DNA of 64,000 nucleotides from an uncultured Clostridia bacterium (GTDB taxonomy: Bacteria; Bacillota; Clostridia; TANB77; CAG-508). Positions 27,285-38,551 of the stretch are shown here, piece after piece. The stretch spans positions 2,387 through 66,386 of the forward strand of contig CALXMM010000008.1 of NCBI GenBank assembly GCA_944389475.1. The letters are read 5' to 3'. The translations under genes and the position numbers were made by a program. The notes under the pieces are model-generated. The model was not told where the DNA came from. It made no database searches and saw only the letters and a program-made list of their open reading frames with translations. Each line of letters begins with the position of its first letter. Position 1 is the first letter of the stretch.

Positions 27285-28487
27285 TTACTCAATTATTTTT
27301 GATACAACTCCTGAACCAACTGTTCTTCCACCTTCACGAATAGCGAATCTTAATCCTTCTTCCATAGCGATTGGTGTAATTAATTCGATTGTCATATCAA
27401 TGTTATCACCTGGCATAACCATTTCTGTTCCAGCAGGTAATTCGATAACACCTGTAACATCTGTTGTTCTGAAATAGAATTGTGGTCTATATCCATTGAA
27501 GAATGGTGTATGTCTTCCACCTTCTTCTTTAGTTAATACATATACTTGTGCTGTGAATTTTGTATGTGGATGTATTGTTCCTGGTTTAGCTAATACTTGT
27601 CCTCTTTCGATATCTGTTCTTTGAATACCTCTTAAAAGAACACCAATATTGTCTCCAGCTTCTGCTTGATCCAATATTTTTCTAAACATTTCTACACCAG
27701 TAACAACTGATTTTAATTTTTCTGTTGATAATCCAACGATTTCAACTTCATCAGATACTTTAATTTCTCCTCTTTCTACTCTACCTGTAGCAACTGTTCC
27801 TCTACCTGTAATAGAGAAGATATCCTCTATAGGCATTAAGAATGGTTGATCTATAGGTCTGTCTGGTGTTGGAATGTATGAGTCAACAGCATCCAATAAT
27901 TCTTTAATTGGTTGATATACTGGATCATTAGGATCTTTAGATGTACTTTCTAGTACTTTTAAAGATGAACCTTTTATAACTGGAACTTCATCTCCTGGGA
28001 AACCATATTCTGTTAATAGGTCTCTAACTTCCATTTCAACTAAGTCTAATAATTCTGGGTCATCAACCATATCGCATTTATTTAAGTAAACAACGATATA
28101 TTTAACACCAACTTGTCTAGCAAGTAAGATGTGTTCTCTTGTTTGTGGCATTGGTCCATCAGCTGCAGAAACAACTAATATAGCACCATCCATTTGAGCA
28201 GCACCTGTAATCATGTTCTTTACGTAGTCTGCGTGTCCTGGGCAGTCAACATGTGCATAATGTCTCTTCTCTGTTTCATATTCAACGTGAGCAGTATTAA
28301 TTGTGATTCCTCTTGCTTTTTCTTCTGGAGCACTATCGATTGCATCGTATGCTTCATATTGAGCATGTCCTAATAATGATAAGTATTTTGTAATAGCTGC
28401 TGTTGTTGTTGTTTTACCATGGTCAACGTGTCCTATTGTACCAATGTTAACGTGTGGCTTTGATCTAACATATTTTTCTTTAGCCAT
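27285..28487 (-). CDS. tuf: Elongation factor Tu
   Basis: [18 protein letters not shown]. Confidence 0.99.
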   Translation of the reverse strand: MAKEKYVRSKPHVNIGTIGHVDHGKTTTTAAITKYLSLLGHAQYEAYDAIDSAPEEKARGITINTAHVEYETEKRHYAHVDCPGHADYVKNMITGAAQMDGAILVVSAADGPMPQTREHILLARQVGVKYIVVYLNKCDMVDDPELLDLVEMEVRDLLTEYGFPGDEVPVIKGSSLKVLESTSKDPNDPVYQPIKELLDAVDSYIPTPDRPIDQPFLMPIEDIFSITGRGTVATGRVERGEIKVSDEVEIVGLSTEKLKSVVTGVEMFRKILDQAEAGDNIGVLLRGIQRTDIERGQVLAKPGTIHPHTKFTAQVYVLTKEEGGRHTPFFNGYRPQFYFRTTDVTGVIELPAGTEMVMPGDNIDMTIELITPIAMEEGLRFAIREGGRTVGSGVVSKIIE

Positions 28488-28611
28488 TTTTATTCCTCCT
28501 TTAATTTTTGAGATTTATTATCTCTAATATTTTATTTTCTTTTTGACGCATTTATTTTACGAAAACAATTTTATACTATAATCTTGAAAAAATCAAGTAT
28601 ATTGCTAAATA

Positions 28612-30696
28612 TTATTCGCTTTTCTTTCCTCTTGTAGCTACAATTTGTTCTAATATTGATTTTGGAACTTCTTCATAATGAGATGGTTCCATAGAGTATG
28701 TTCCTCTACCTTGTGTTTTTGAACGTAAATCTGTAGCATATCCAAACATTTCTGATAATGGAATAGATGCACGAATTTCTTGCATTCCATCATTGCCTTC
28801 CATTCCTTCTACTCTACCACGTCTAGAGTTTACATCTCCAATAACATCTCCCATATATTCTTCTGGAACTGTTATTTCTACCTTCATAATAGGTTCTAGA
28901 ATAACAACACCTGCTTGTTTACATCCTTCTTTGAATGCTAATGATGCTGCTATTTTGAATGCCATTTCTGAAGAGTCAACTTCATGGTAAGAACCATCTA
29001 CTAATGTAGCTTTGAAATCTATAACTGGGTAACCAGCTAAGTATCCACCTTCTGCTGCATCTCTTAATCCTTGTTCAATTGGTTTAATATATTCCTTAGG
29101 AACAGCTCCACCAACGATTTTACTTTCAAATTCTACACCTTTACCAGCTTCGATTGGTTCCATCTCGAACCAAACATCACCATATTGTCCTTTACCACCA
29201 GATTGACGAATGAATTTACCTTGAACTTTAACTTTCTTCTTAATTGTCTCTTTGTAAGCAACTTGTGGTTTACCTACATTACATTCAACTTTAAATTCTC
29301 TCTTTAATCTATCTACGATAATGTCTAGGTGTAATTCACCCATACCAGAAATAATTGTTTGTCCTGTTTCTTGGTTTGTATATGTTTTAAATGTTGGGTC
29401 TTCTTCAGCAAGTTTTGCTAATGCAATACCCATTTTTTCTTGAGCTTCTTTGTTCTTAGGTTCGATAGCAACACTAATAACTGGCTCTGGGAATTCCATT
29501 GATTCTAATATAACTGGATGTTCTATATCACATAATGTATCTCCAGTTGTAACCTCTTTTAGTCCAACTGCTGCAGCTATATCTCCTGCGTATACTTTAT
29601 CGATATCTTCTCTGTGGTTAGAATGCATTAATAAAATTCTACCAATTCTTTCTTTTTTATCTTTATTTGAATTTAATACTGTTGAACCAGACTCTAATGT
29701 TCCTGAATATACTCTAAAGAAACATAATTTTCCAACAAATGGGTCTGTAGCGATTTTAAATGCTAATGCTGCAAATGGTTCGTTGTCATCAGTTTTTCTT
29801 TCAACTTCGTTACCATCCAAATCTACACCTTTGATATGTGGTATATCTAATGGTGATGGCATATAATCTACGATTGCATTTAATAATTCTTGAACACCTT
29901 TGTTTTTATATGAAGAACCACATGTTACTGGAACTACAGTATTAGCTATTGTTCCTTTACGTAATCCTCTTTTGATTTCTTCCTCAGTCAAATCACCTTC
30001 ATCTAAGTATTTCATCATTAATTCTTCATCTTGATCTGCTGCGGCTTCAACCATTTTTTCTCTGTATTCTTTAGCCATGTCTGCCATATCTTCTGGTATA
30101 TCGCATTCTTCTATATCTTTTCCTAGATCATCTTTATGAATAAAAGCTCTCATCTTTATTAAGTCTACTATACCTTTAAATTGATCTTCTGCTCCAATTG
30201 GTAATTGGATAGGTACAGCATTTGCTTTTAATCTTGTTTTTAATTGGTCAACACAAAGCATAAAGTTTGCTCCTGTGATATCCATTTTGTTAACATATAC
30301 CATTCTTGGTACTTGATATTTATCAGCTTGTCTCCAAACTGTTTCTGTTTGTGGTTGAACTCCACCTTTAGCGGCAAGTACTGTAACTGCACCATCAAGA
30401 ACTCTTAGAGATCTTTGAACTTCTACTGTGAAATCAACGTGTCCTGGGGTATCGATAATATTTATTCTATTATTTTTCCAGATACAAGTTGTAGCAGCAG
30501 ATGTAATTGTTATACCTCTTTCTTGCTCTTGAGCCATCCAGTCCATAGTAGCTTCACCATCATGAACTTCACCTATTTTATGAGTTTTTCCTGTATAGAA
30601 AAGTATTCTCTCTGTTGTTGTTGTTTTACCAGCATCAATATGAGCCATAATTCCTATATTTCTTGTTCTCTCTAATGGAAATGGTCTTCCTGCCAA
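28612..30696 (-). CDS. fusA: Elongation factor G
   Basis: [24 protein letters not shown] start after GGGAGGAA. Confidence 0.99.
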   Translation of the reverse strand: MAGRPFPLERTRNIGIMAHIDAGKTTTTERILFYTGKTHKIGEVHDGEATMDWMAQEQERGITITSAATTCIWKNNRINIIDTPGHVDFTVEVQRSLRVLDGAVTVLAAKGGVQPQTETVWRQADKYQVPRMVYVNKMDITGANFMLCVDQLKTRLKANAVPIQLPIGAEDQFKGIVDLIKMRAFIHKDDLGKDIEECDIPEDMADMAKEYREKMVEAAADQDEELMMKYLDEGDLTEEEIKRGLRKGTIANTVVPVTCGSSYKNKGVQELLNAIVDYMPSPLDIPHIKGVDLDGNEVERKTDDNEPFAALAFKIATDPFVGKLCFFRVYSGTLESGSTVLNSNKDKKERIGRILLMHSNHREDIDKVYAGDIAAAVGLKEVTTGDTLCDIEHPVILESMEFPEPVISVAIEPKNKEAQEKMGIALAKLAEEDPTFKTYTNQETGQTIISGMGELHLDIIVDRLKREFKVECNVGKPQVAYKETIKKKVKVQGKFIRQSGGKGQYGDVWFEMEPIEAGKGVEFESKIVGGAVPKEYIKPIEQGLRDAAEGGYLAGYPVIDFKATLVDGSYHEVDSSEMAFKIAASLAFKEGCKQAGVVILEPIMKVEITVPEEYMGDVIGDVNSRRGRVEGMEGNDGMQEIRASIPLSEMFGYATDLRSKTQGRGTYSMEPSHYEEVPKSILEQIVATRGKKSE

Positions 30697-30760
30697 CTTT
30701 ATTTCCTCCCCTCATTTTACTATAAAGTTTTATCTATAAGTAACTTTATTAGACTTATTA

Positions 30761-31231
30761 TTACCATTTATAATGTGCAAATGCTTTATTAGCTTCTGCC
30801 ATTCTATGTGTATCTTCTTTCTTCTTGAATGCTCCACCGTTTCCGTTTATAGCATCTATAATTTCTCCGGCTAATTTTTCAGCCATTGTTTTTTCATGTC
30901 TTAATCTTGCATATCTAACTAACCATCTTAAACCTAAAGTTTGTCTTCTTTCTGGTCTAATCTCTAATGGAACTTGATATGTAGCTCCACCAACTCTTCT
31001 AGCTTTAACTTCAAGAACTGGCATGATGTTATTTAATGCTTCTTCAAAAACTTCTAGTGGATCTCTTTGCTCTTTTTCTTTTACGATATCAAATGCACCG
31101 TAAACAATTTTTTGAGCAATTGATTTTTTACCATCTAGCATAATGTTATTTACTAATTTTGTAACAACTTTACTATTATATACTGGATCTGGTAAAACTT
31201 CTCTTTTTGCTATATATCCTTTTCTTGGCAC
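30761..31231 (-). CDS. rpsG: 30S ribosomal protein S7
   Basis: MPRKG...[16 protein letters not shown]...AHYKW. GTG start. Confidence 0.98.
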   Translation of the reverse strand: MPRKGYIAKREVLPDPVYNSKVVTKLVNNIMLDGKKSIAQKIVYGAFDIVKEKEQRDPLEVFEEALNNIMPVLEVKARRVGGATYQVPLEIRPERRQTLGLRWLVRYARLRHEKTMAEKLAGEIIDAINGNGGAFKKKEDTHRMAEANKAFAHYKW

Positions 31232-31372
31232 TATTCTTCCCTCCTTAATTATATTTTGATACTAAATAAGTATCTAGGTACTCTGAAAAGTTTCTCTTTT
31301 CCGTATAGTGCTATATATCCTAAATTTAAGTACCTTAAATTAGTAATTAGCACTAGTTCGATTTTCTAAATT

Positions 31373-31786
31373 TTATTTTTTAGGTTTCTTTGCTCCGTAT
31401 TTTGATCTACCTTGCATTCTGTCCTTAACACCTGCTGTATCCAATGTTCCTCTAATAATATGATATCTAACACCTGGAAGGTCTTTTACTCTTCCTCCTC
31501 TTATTAGAACAACACTGTGCTCTTGTAAGTTATGTCCTATTCCTGGAATATAAGATGTTACTTCATATCCATTAGAAAGTCTAACTCTGGCAACTTTTCT
31601 TAAAGCAGAATTAGGTTTCTTTGGTGTTACAGTTTTAACTACTGTACAAACTCCTCTTTTTTGTGGTGCTCTATGGTTAGTTTGTCTATTTTTCTTAGAA
31701 TTATAACCATGTTGCAATGCTGGAGCTGTTGATTTTGTTATTGCTGATTTTCTTCCTTTTCTTACTAATTGATTAATTGTTGGCAC
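31373..31786 (-). CDS. rpsL: 30S ribosomal protein S12
   Basis: [11 protein letters not shown]...[17 protein letters not shown] start after AGGAGGTG. Confidence 0.98.
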   Translation of the reverse strand: MPTINQLVRKGRKSAITKSTAPALQHGYNSKKNRQTNHRAPQKRGVCTVVKTVTPKKPNSALRKVARVRLSNGYEVTSYIPGIGHNLQEHSVVLIRGGRVKDLPGVRYHIIRGTLDTAGVKDRMQGRSKYGAKKPKK

Positions 31787-31843
31787 TTAAATTTCACCTC
31801 CTAATTTTTTAATCTAATAGTGCATAGTACACTAGCGTGAACT

Positions 31844-31872
31844 ATTTTATCATCAAAACATAATCATGTCAA
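31844..31872 (-). promoter_or_regulatory. str-operon promoter TTGACA-17-TAAAAT with extended -10 TG
   Basis: Minus strand: TTGACA at 31872-31867 and TAAAAT at 31849-31844, preceded by TGa. Confidence 0.6.
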
Positions 31873-31951
31873 TATTTTACGTACTTTTTTCTGGATAATT
31901 TTTGCATAATTTAGAATATTTTATTTGTTTTCTACTTTACATAAAAAGTTG

Positions 31952-31980
31952 TTGACATTATTTCCATTTTTTAGTATAAT
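31952..31980 (+). promoter_or_regulatory. Consensus sigma-A promoter TTGACA-17-TATAAT for module B
   Basis: TTGACA at 31952-31957, 17-nt spacer, TATAAT at 31975-31980. Confidence 0.7.
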
Positions 31981-32040
31981 TAATATAGTTTGATTACTAA
32001 TGAGAGGAGGATACCTCATAAAAATTCGAGGTGAATTATT

Positions 32041-32190
32041 ATGGAAGAAAAAGAAAACAAATTACTTACTCAAGAAGATTTAAAGAAAATGTCACCTAAA
32101 GAAATAGCAGAATATAAAATCGCTTTAACTGAACTTTCTTTAGATGTAGAAGACTTAATAAAAAAATGTGATGAACTTTTAGCAAAATAA
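32041..32190 (+). CDS. Hypothetical 49-aa protein (module B, small subunit)
   Basis: GAGGTGA RBS. Translates to MEEKENKLLTQEDLKKMSPKEIAEYKIALTELSLDVEDLIKKCDELLAK*. Confidence 0.55.
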   Translation: MEEKENKLLTQEDLKKMSPKEIAEYKIALTELSLDVEDLIKKCDELLAK

Positions 32191-32250
32191 TAAGAACTAA
32201 AAAATGAAATAAAAAGAGAGGATGGTGAAGCCTCATATAGAGGCGATTAT

Positions 32251-33567
32251 ATGGCAAATATTATGTCAAATTTAAAATCAAGATTTTCAAAAGAATCTAA
32301 AGAACCAGAAGAAATTGAATTCTCAGAAATAAGTGAACAATATTCAAACAAGAAAAAAATGCCAAACCCAAATTTTTGGCAAATTTATACAGCACAAAAA
32401 AAATGTGAAGAAGATATATCAAAATATGAAAGTCAATTAGAGGAATTACAGAAAAGAAGAGAAGATTTTGCAGATTTCTTAGAGCCTTTAGGACTATCAG
32501 AAGCTGAACAAAAGTCTGCATTTAGCGATATTGATAATGAAATAAATAATGTTAAATCTAATATTCTTACTACAAGAACTAATTTAAGTAAGACATATGA
32601 ACAAATAAAAATGGCTCAAACAAGTTTAGATGATTATATTGAATTAGCTAGTTCTAATCCAGATTTCCAAATAAGTTTAAGAGATGCTGTTATTAACAAC
32701 TCTAATACTAAAATTAAAGAAGCAACTGCAGAGAAAGCAAAACAAAGCAGTTATATTTCATTTATAGAAAAACTTGAAGATAAAGCAAAAAACGATCCTG
32801 CATTAGGAGATATTTTCTCTTCAATTGAACAAGCAAGAGCAGATAAACGTAAAGCAGCTAGCTTAGAAGAATTAAAAAGCAATTTACAAAAATTATTAGG
32901 AGATGTTTCTAAAGATAATGTAGATAATTTAAATAATGCAATTCAAACTATTAATTCCGAAGTAGATAGCCAAAAACAAAATAAATCAGATACTCTACAA
33001 GAAGAATATCAAAAATTAAGAGATTATATTTCAAACAACAGAAAAAATTTCGGACTACCTGAAGGGACAGATGATTTGAAATTTGATGATAAAGATTCTC
33101 CATTATATGTTGTTACAGAATTTACTGATCCAAATCATGATAGAAGCTTAAAAGACATTAAGCAAAACCATCAAGATGAAATTAACAAGATTGATAGGAA
33201 TATCTCTGAATATAATAAATATATAAATTTTGCCAAAGAAGATATTAAAAAGCTTGATGTTGAAAGAGAAGCATACTATCAAGGTTTATATGTTAGTCCA
33301 TGGACTAGAATTAAAAACTTCTTTAAAACAGTTGGACATGGAATTAAAAATTGGTTTCAAGATAAACCATTTAAAGATCCAGATGAAAAGCAATCTATTC
33401 CAGCTCCAAAGACTACCAAAGTTGTAGATAAAAAAGATTTTAGAGATGCATATAAAACAGAAATCGGAGAAGATGTATATAAACAAGTACTTGATAATTA
33501 CAAGGCTAAAGTTAAACAACAAAAAATTAAACAATATACACGTAATCAAAATGGTCAATCAAGATAA
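32251..33567 (+). CDS. K/E/Q/N-rich coiled-coil protein, unknown function (module B, large subunit)
   Basis: 438-aa ORF. The C-terminal ...LYVSPWTRIKNFFKTVGHGIKNWFQDK... resembles the C-terminus of the 388-aa protein. Confidence 0.8.
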   Translation: MANIMSNLKSRFSKESKEPEEIEFSEISEQYSNKKKMPNPNFWQIYTAQKKCEEDISKYESQLEELQKRREDFADFLEPLGLSEAEQKSAFSDIDNEINNVKSNILTTRTNLSKTYEQIKMAQTSLDDYIELASSNPDFQISLRDAVINNSNTKIKEATAEKAKQSSYISFIEKLEDKAKNDPALGDIFSSIEQARADKRKAASLEELKSNLQKLLGDVSKDNVDNLNNAIQTINSEVDSQKQNKSDTLQEEYQKLRDYISNNRKNFGLPEGTDDLKFDDKDSPLYVVTEFTDPNHDRSLKDIKQNHQDEINKIDRNISEYNKYINFAKEDIKKLDVEREAYYQGLYVSPWTRIKNFFKTVGHGIKNWFQDKPFKDPDEKQSIPAPKTTKVVDKKDFRDAYKTEIGEDVYKQVLDNYKAKVKQQKIKQYTRNQNGQSR

Positions 33568-33584
33568 TTGAATATGCATATAAA

Positions 33585-33614
33585 AAGAAGCAATTAAAAA
33601 TTGCTTCTTTTTTT
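33585..33614. terminator. Bidirectional terminator between module B and trmFO
   Basis: gaagcaatt-aaa-aattgcttc, flanked by A and T runs. Confidence 0.75.
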
Positions 33615-33656
33615 GTGCCTCTTTTACTATCTCGCATGTTTCACAAAAGTAGAAAT

Positions 33657-35021
33657 TTAATCTAATGTTTCCTTTAATTTTTCCATTGCTCTATCAGCCA
33701 ATATAGTATATTTTTGCTTTTTATCCTTTATTCTTTTTTCTAAAGGTGGTACTATTCCAAAATTAGCATTCATAGGTTGGAATTTATCATTTGGAGTTGA
33801 TATATAATTTGCTAAAGCCCCACTCATTGTTTCTACAGGCAAAACAAATTCATCCTTTCCTAACAATTCATTTACTGCATTTATTGCAGCAATAAGTCCA
33901 GAAGAAATTGATTCTACATATCCCTCTACCCCAGTAATTTGTCCTGCAAAATATAAATTTGGGATATTTCTCATTTTATAAGTATTTGTTAAAAGATGAC
34001 TGGAATCTATAAATGTATTTCTATGCATAACACCATATTTTACAAACTCTGCATTTTCTAATCCAGGTATCATGGAAAAAACTCTTTTTTGTTCTCCAAA
34101 CTTCAAATTAGTTTGAAATCCCACTAAATTAAAGATGTTTCCTTCTGTATCATCCTGTCTTAATTGCACTAATGCATAAGGTCTTTTGCCAGTTCTAGGA
34201 TCTGTAAAACCAACAGGCTTTAAAGGTCCAAATCTTAATGTATCTTCCCCTCTTTTAGCCATAATTTCTATTGGCATACATCCTTCGAATATTTCTCTTT
34301 TTTCGAAATTATGTAATTCCACAACTTCTGCATTTATCAAATTATTATAAAAATTTTCATATTCCTCTTTATTCATTGGCAAATTTATATAATTTTGTTT
34401 ATCCTGTGTTTGGCTTATTCTCTCTTTCCAAGCCTCTATATCTTCATTTTTTTCTCTTTCTTGCTCATACCTATCGCCCCAAAAAGCCACATCAAAATTT
34501 ATGCTATCCTTTGTAACTATTGGAGCTGCAGCATCATAAAAATATAATTTATCCTGTTTCGTTATATTAGAAATACTCTTTGCCAAATCATCTGAAGTAA
34601 GCGGTCCTGTTGCAACAATTGTAATTGCCTCTTCTATTAATTTATTTAAATCCACTATTTCTTCATTTATTATTTTTATATTTGGATTACACTGTAACTG
34701 TTCAGTAACTTTCTTTGCAAAAATCTCTCTATCAACTGCCAATGCTTGACCTGCTGGGACGGATGTTTCATCAGCTATTTTTATTAATAAAGAATCCATT
34801 GCTCTTAATTCTTCTTTTAAAAGACCACAAGCATTAGTATGCAAATTTGATTTAAATGAATTACTACAAACTATCTCCGCTAAATTTTTATTAGAATGCG
34901 CTGGCGAAAATTTTTTAGGTTTCATCTCATATAAATTTACCTTTATTCCTCTTTTAGCAATTTGATATGCGGCTTCTGTTCCGGCAAGACCTCCACCAAT
35001 TACATTTATATAATCCTTCAT
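33657..35021 (-). CDS. trmFO: Methylenetetrahydrofolate--tRNA-(uracil-5-)-methyltransferase TrmFO
   Basis: INVIGGGLAGTEAAYQ FAD motif. Start moved to ATG 35021; the ORF-track N-terminal 39 aa are not conserved-looking. Confidence 0.9.
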   Translation of the reverse strand: MKDYINVIGGGLAGTEAAYQIAKRGIKVNLYEMKPKKFSPAHSNKNLAEIVCSNSFKSNLHTNACGLLKEELRAMDSLLIKIADETSVPAGQALAVDREIFAKKVTEQLQCNPNIKIINEEIVDLNKLIEEAITIVATGPLTSDDLAKSISNITKQDKLYFYDAAAPIVTKDSINFDVAFWGDRYEQEREKNEDIEAWKERISQTQDKQNYINLPMNKEEYENFYNNLINAEVVELHNFEKREIFEGCMPIEIMAKRGEDTLRFGPLKPVGFTDPRTGKRPYALVQLRQDDTEGNIFNLVGFQTNLKFGEQKRVFSMIPGLENAEFVKYGVMHRNTFIDSSHLLTNTYKMRNIPNLYFAGQITGVEGYVESISSGLIAAINAVNELLGKDEFVLPVETMSGALANYISTPNDKFQPMNANFGIVPPLEKRIKDKKQKYTILADRAMEKLKETLD

Positions 35022-35112
35022 ATTTTTATTCCTTTCAAAATGTTTAACAATACCAAAATTATAATTATTGTTCATCCGAATCTGTTTGGCAAGAATTAAA
35101 TTTTGTTCAAAT

Positions 35113-38100
35113 TTAACTAAATAACTCCATAATATCATCCTTATTAAGCTTATTAATAAATGTAGTTTGAGTACTAAGCATACTATCTATAAGCTTAGAT
35201 TTTTTCTCCTGTAGTTCATATATCTTTTCTTCTATTGAATTCTTAGTAATAAGTTTGTATACTTGCACATTATTTTTTTGACCAATTCTATATGCTCTAT
35301 CTGTCGCTTGATTTTCGGCAGACATATTCCACCATGGGTCATAATGAATAACCATATCTGCTCCAATTAAGTTTAAACCTGTTCCTCCTGCTTTTAATGA
35401 TATTAGAAATACCTTAACATTTGGATTATTATTAAAATCATTTACTAGTTTTACTCTTTCATCCACTTTAGTTTGACCTGTTAATTTATAATAACTTATT
35501 CCTTCTTTTGCTAGATTTCCTTCTATTATATTTAACATAGATGTATATCCTGAGAAGATTAACATTTTATGTTTTCCAGCAATAGCATCTTTTACAATTT
35601 CTATACACTGAGTTAATTTACTACTCTCTCCTTTATAATTTTCCAAAAATAATGAAGGATGACAACATATTTGTCTTAATCTAGTTAATAAAGCTAGTAT
35701 CTTTATTTGTGATTTTTCCAAGCCATTTCCCTCTATTTCATTAATAGCTTCTTTCTTTGCTTGTGCTAAATAAGATAAATAAATTTGTAATTGTTCACCT
35801 TGCATTTCATTATTTAATACAGTAATGCTCTTTTCTGGTAATTCTTTTAGCACATCTTTCTTTACTCTACGAAGTACAAATGGTTCTATCATCATCTTTA
35901 ATTTTTGCATAGCTTCTTGGTCATTATCTTTCATTATTGGAACTTCATATAATTGCTTAAACTTTTTATATGTAAATAAATATCCTGGTAAGATATAATC
36001 AAATATTGACCATAATTCTGCCAATGAATTTTCTATTGGTGTACCTGTTAAGGCATATCTTGTTTGAGCATTTATTCCTTTTAGAGATTTTGCATTCTGT
36101 GTATTACTGTTCTTTATATATTGTGCCTCATCTGCTATTTGAAATTTAAATAAAATATTCTCCTTTTTATAAATTTCCATATCTCTTTTTAACAAATCAT
36201 ATGAAGTAATTACTAGGTCATATTTTGGAATACTTTGAATTTGCTTTTCTCTTTCTTCTGAATTTCCTCTAATAACTAAAACCTTTATACTATTTGCAAA
36301 TTTTTCAATTTCACTCTTCCAATTTAAAGCTAGCGAACTTGGAGTTATAACAATTGAAGGCAATTTTACTTTTGCATTTTGTATATAATCCAATAACAAA
36401 GAAATTAATTGAACTGTTTTACCAAGTCCCATATCATCTGCCAAAATTCCGCCAAGTCTATATTCATCCAAAATTTTAAGCCATTTATAACCTATCTTTT
36501 GATAATATCTTAAATTACAATTTAAACCTTTTGGTGGTGTTATTTCATTATCATACTCACGCTCATCAATATTATCTACTATTTTCTTAAATTCTTTATC
36601 CTTTTTTATTTCTACATTTTTAACATTTTCCAATAATTTATTTAAATACAAAGATCTATATACAGGAACTTTTATTTTTCCTTTTTCTAAATCCTTATAA
36701 TCAACTTCCATTCCATATTCAAGGCTATTTAAGAATTTAATATCTTCATTTTGCTCCAAATCCAAAAAGCTACCATCTTTTAACCTATGATATTTTTTCT
36801 TTAAATTATATTTAGCTAATATTTCTTTTAATTCACTTCTATCAAAATCCAAACCAGTTAAATCTATATTAAGTAAATTGTTTTCTATTTTAACACCAAC
36901 CGTACCCAATTTTGGTTGTCTTATTTCTTTAGTCCTAAAATTGTCTGTTACCAATACTTCGTATTTTTCTGTATAGCTGTTTATATCTTCAGATAAAAAT
37001 TTATAAATTGCATCATCTGATACAAGTACAAATCTTTTATTTGCTGAATCTAGCAAAAATCCTGTTTTTCTAAACATATTTAAACAATTTGACTCTTGTA
37101 TTACATTTCTTGCAACTTTTGGTATATTTCCTAAGTCTATTGGATTAAATTCTATCTCTCCATATATAAATTTTAATTCTGCAATAATATAATTATTTTT
37201 ATCAAAATCTAAATATATTTTTACACTTAAATCCTTTGGTATATAATCTTTTAATTTTTCGGTATCTATACTAGAAACATCAATATTTTCTTTCATCTTT
37301 GGTAAAACTAAAGAAAAGAAATCTGGTAATTCTTTTTTGCTAAATCTAATTTCTTTTATGAAATTCTTTTTATAAATTTCTAATAATTTAATAACTGTAT
37401 TTTTATAATTTTTATCACATCTGTAAATAAATTCATTTAATATAACATAGATATATTTTTTTCCTTCTAAAACATAATACTCATAAATATCTTCTTTTTG
37501 AGTTAAAGAAAATTCACCTGATGAAGTTTCTGTTAATTTGAATTTTATATTTGGTGTTCCTGGAATAAATGATATTTTTCCTTTTTCTCCATCCTGAACT
37601 ATTTCTAATTTTTTACCTTTTACTATCTCAAAAAATTCATCTATCCCCGTATTACTTAAAATAATACAATTATCGCTTAATATTTTTCCATAATACCTAT
37701 AACCGGCATTTCCACTACTATTAACATATTTAATAATTTCTGCATGTTTTAAAATAAAATCCAATATAGGTAAACTTTCCTTTGCAAAATTTTCTCTAGT
37801 ATGAATAAATTCTAATTTATTCCCATATTTAACAGTTTCTTTATTTTGCATACTTGTATAAAAATCTGAAAGGCTTTTTATCTTGTAGAACTTGTCTATT
37901 CCTAACTTGAATTCTACTTTCATTTCCTTATAATAACTATCAAAAATAATAGAAGGTATTATATGTATATTTTTACATTCCTTTATTACTTCTTCTTTAT
38001 CATCAATAGTTTCTACTTCGTTATTATAAAAAGCTGTAATCATCTGCTTAAATCCACGATGATCCATTTTCGTATCAGGTTCAGTTTCATTTTCTACTTT

Positions 38101-38424
38101 ATTTGAAGACAAATCAGCATATATTGGATTATCCACAAACTCTATTATCGTTGCTAAAATATGTTTACAAGTACAATAATTTTGCATATTATCTGGGCAT
38201 GAACATTTTAACTCTTTTATTTCTCCCTCTTCTATTTTTGCATATACATTATATGTATCCTTATCTCCTTTTACATTAGCAGATAATTCAAAATTATTTT
38301 GATTTTCATATTTTACATTAGTTATTGTAACTCTTTTATCTTTTACATATTCCAATGCATTTTGATATCTTGTGTCTCCTGCATTTTCATATAGTTCACT
38401 TATTATTTCTTTATTTACTAACAT
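35113..38424 (-). CDS. SNF2-family helicase with an N-terminal SWIM zinc finger (YwqA-like)
   Basis: SWIM motif CSCPDNMQNYCTCKH; ADDMGLGKT, DEAQYIKN, QATDRAYRIGQ. Confidence 0.85.
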   Translation of the reverse strand: MLVNKEIISELYENAGDTRYQNALEYVKDKRVTITNVKYENQNNFELSANVKGDKDTYNVYAKIEEGEIKELKCSCPDNMQNYCTCKHILATIIEFVDNPIYADLSSNKVENETEPDTKMDHRGFKQMITAFYNNEVETIDDKEEVIKECKNIHIIPSIIFDSYYKEMKVEFKLGIDKFYKIKSLSDFYTSMQNKETVKYGNKLEFIHTRENFAKESLPILDFILKHAEIIKYVNSSGNAGYRYYGKILSDNCIILSNTGIDEFFEIVKGKKLEIVQDGEKGKISFIPGTPNIKFKLTETSSGEFSLTQKEDIYEYYVLEGKKYIYVILNEFIYRCDKNYKNTVIKLLEIYKKNFIKEIRFSKKELPDFFSLVLPKMKENIDVSSIDTEKLKDYIPKDLSVKIYLDFDKNNYIIAELKFIYGEIEFNPIDLGNIPKVARNVIQESNCLNMFRKTGFLLDSANKRFVLVSDDAIYKFLSEDINSYTEKYEVLVTDNFRTKEIRQPKLGTVGVKIENNLLNIDLTGLDFDRSELKEILAKYNLKKKYHRLKDGSFLDLEQNEDIKFLNSLEYGMEVDYKDLEKGKIKVPVYRSLYLNKLLENVKNVEIKKDKEFKKIVDNIDEREYDNEITPPKGLNCNLRYYQKIGYKWLKILDEYRLGGILADDMGLGKTVQLISLLLDYIQNAKVKLPSIVITPSSLALNWKSEIEKFANSIKVLVIRGNSEEREKQIQSIPKYDLVITSYDLLKRDMEIYKKENILFKFQIADEAQYIKNSNTQNAKSLKGINAQTRYALTGTPIENSLAELWSIFDYILPGYLFTYKKFKQLYEVPIMKDNDQEAMQKLKMMIEPFVLRRVKKDVLKELPEKSITVLNNEMQGEQLQIYLSYLAQAKKEAINEIEGNGLEKSQIKILALLTRLRQICCHPSLFLENYKGESSKLTQCIEIVKDAIAGKHKMLIFSGYTSMLNIIEGNLAKEGISYYKLTGQTKVDERVKLVNDFNNNPNVKVFLISLKAGGTGLNLIGADMVIHYDPWWNMSAENQATDRAYRIGQKNNVQVYKLITKNSIEEKIYELQEKKSKLIDSMLSTQTTFINKLNKDDIMELFS

Positions 38425-38499
38425 TTTATTGCACCTACCACATTTATTTTCAGTTTATTATTATATAATATTTTGTGTAATTTCACAAGTAGCTTAACC

Positions 38500-38544
38500 A
38501 AAAAAACACACCTTAAATATTAGTTTTTCTAACATTTAAGGTGT
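38500..38544 (-). terminator. Terminator after topA
   Basis: Minus strand: acaccttaaat-(15-nt loop)-atttaaggtgt, followed by gttttttt. Confidence 0.7.
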
Positions 38545-38551
38545 AATTAAA

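Noticed and set aside
32297-33558. Minus-strand ORFs 32297..32521 and 33286..33558, and plus-strand ORF 33230..33427
   Set aside because: They are antisense to, or frame-shifted shadows of, the 438-aa coiled-coil gene. No independent signals.
33657-35138. ORF-track N-terminal extensions of trmFO (to 35138), the PBP gene (to 49508), rsmH (to 52020), ftsZ (to 1847), plsX, murE, yitT, the HAD gene and murA
   Set aside because: In each case an internal start with a proper GGAGG-type RBS coincides with the conserved N-terminus. The upstream residues are unconserved or overlap the RBS itself.
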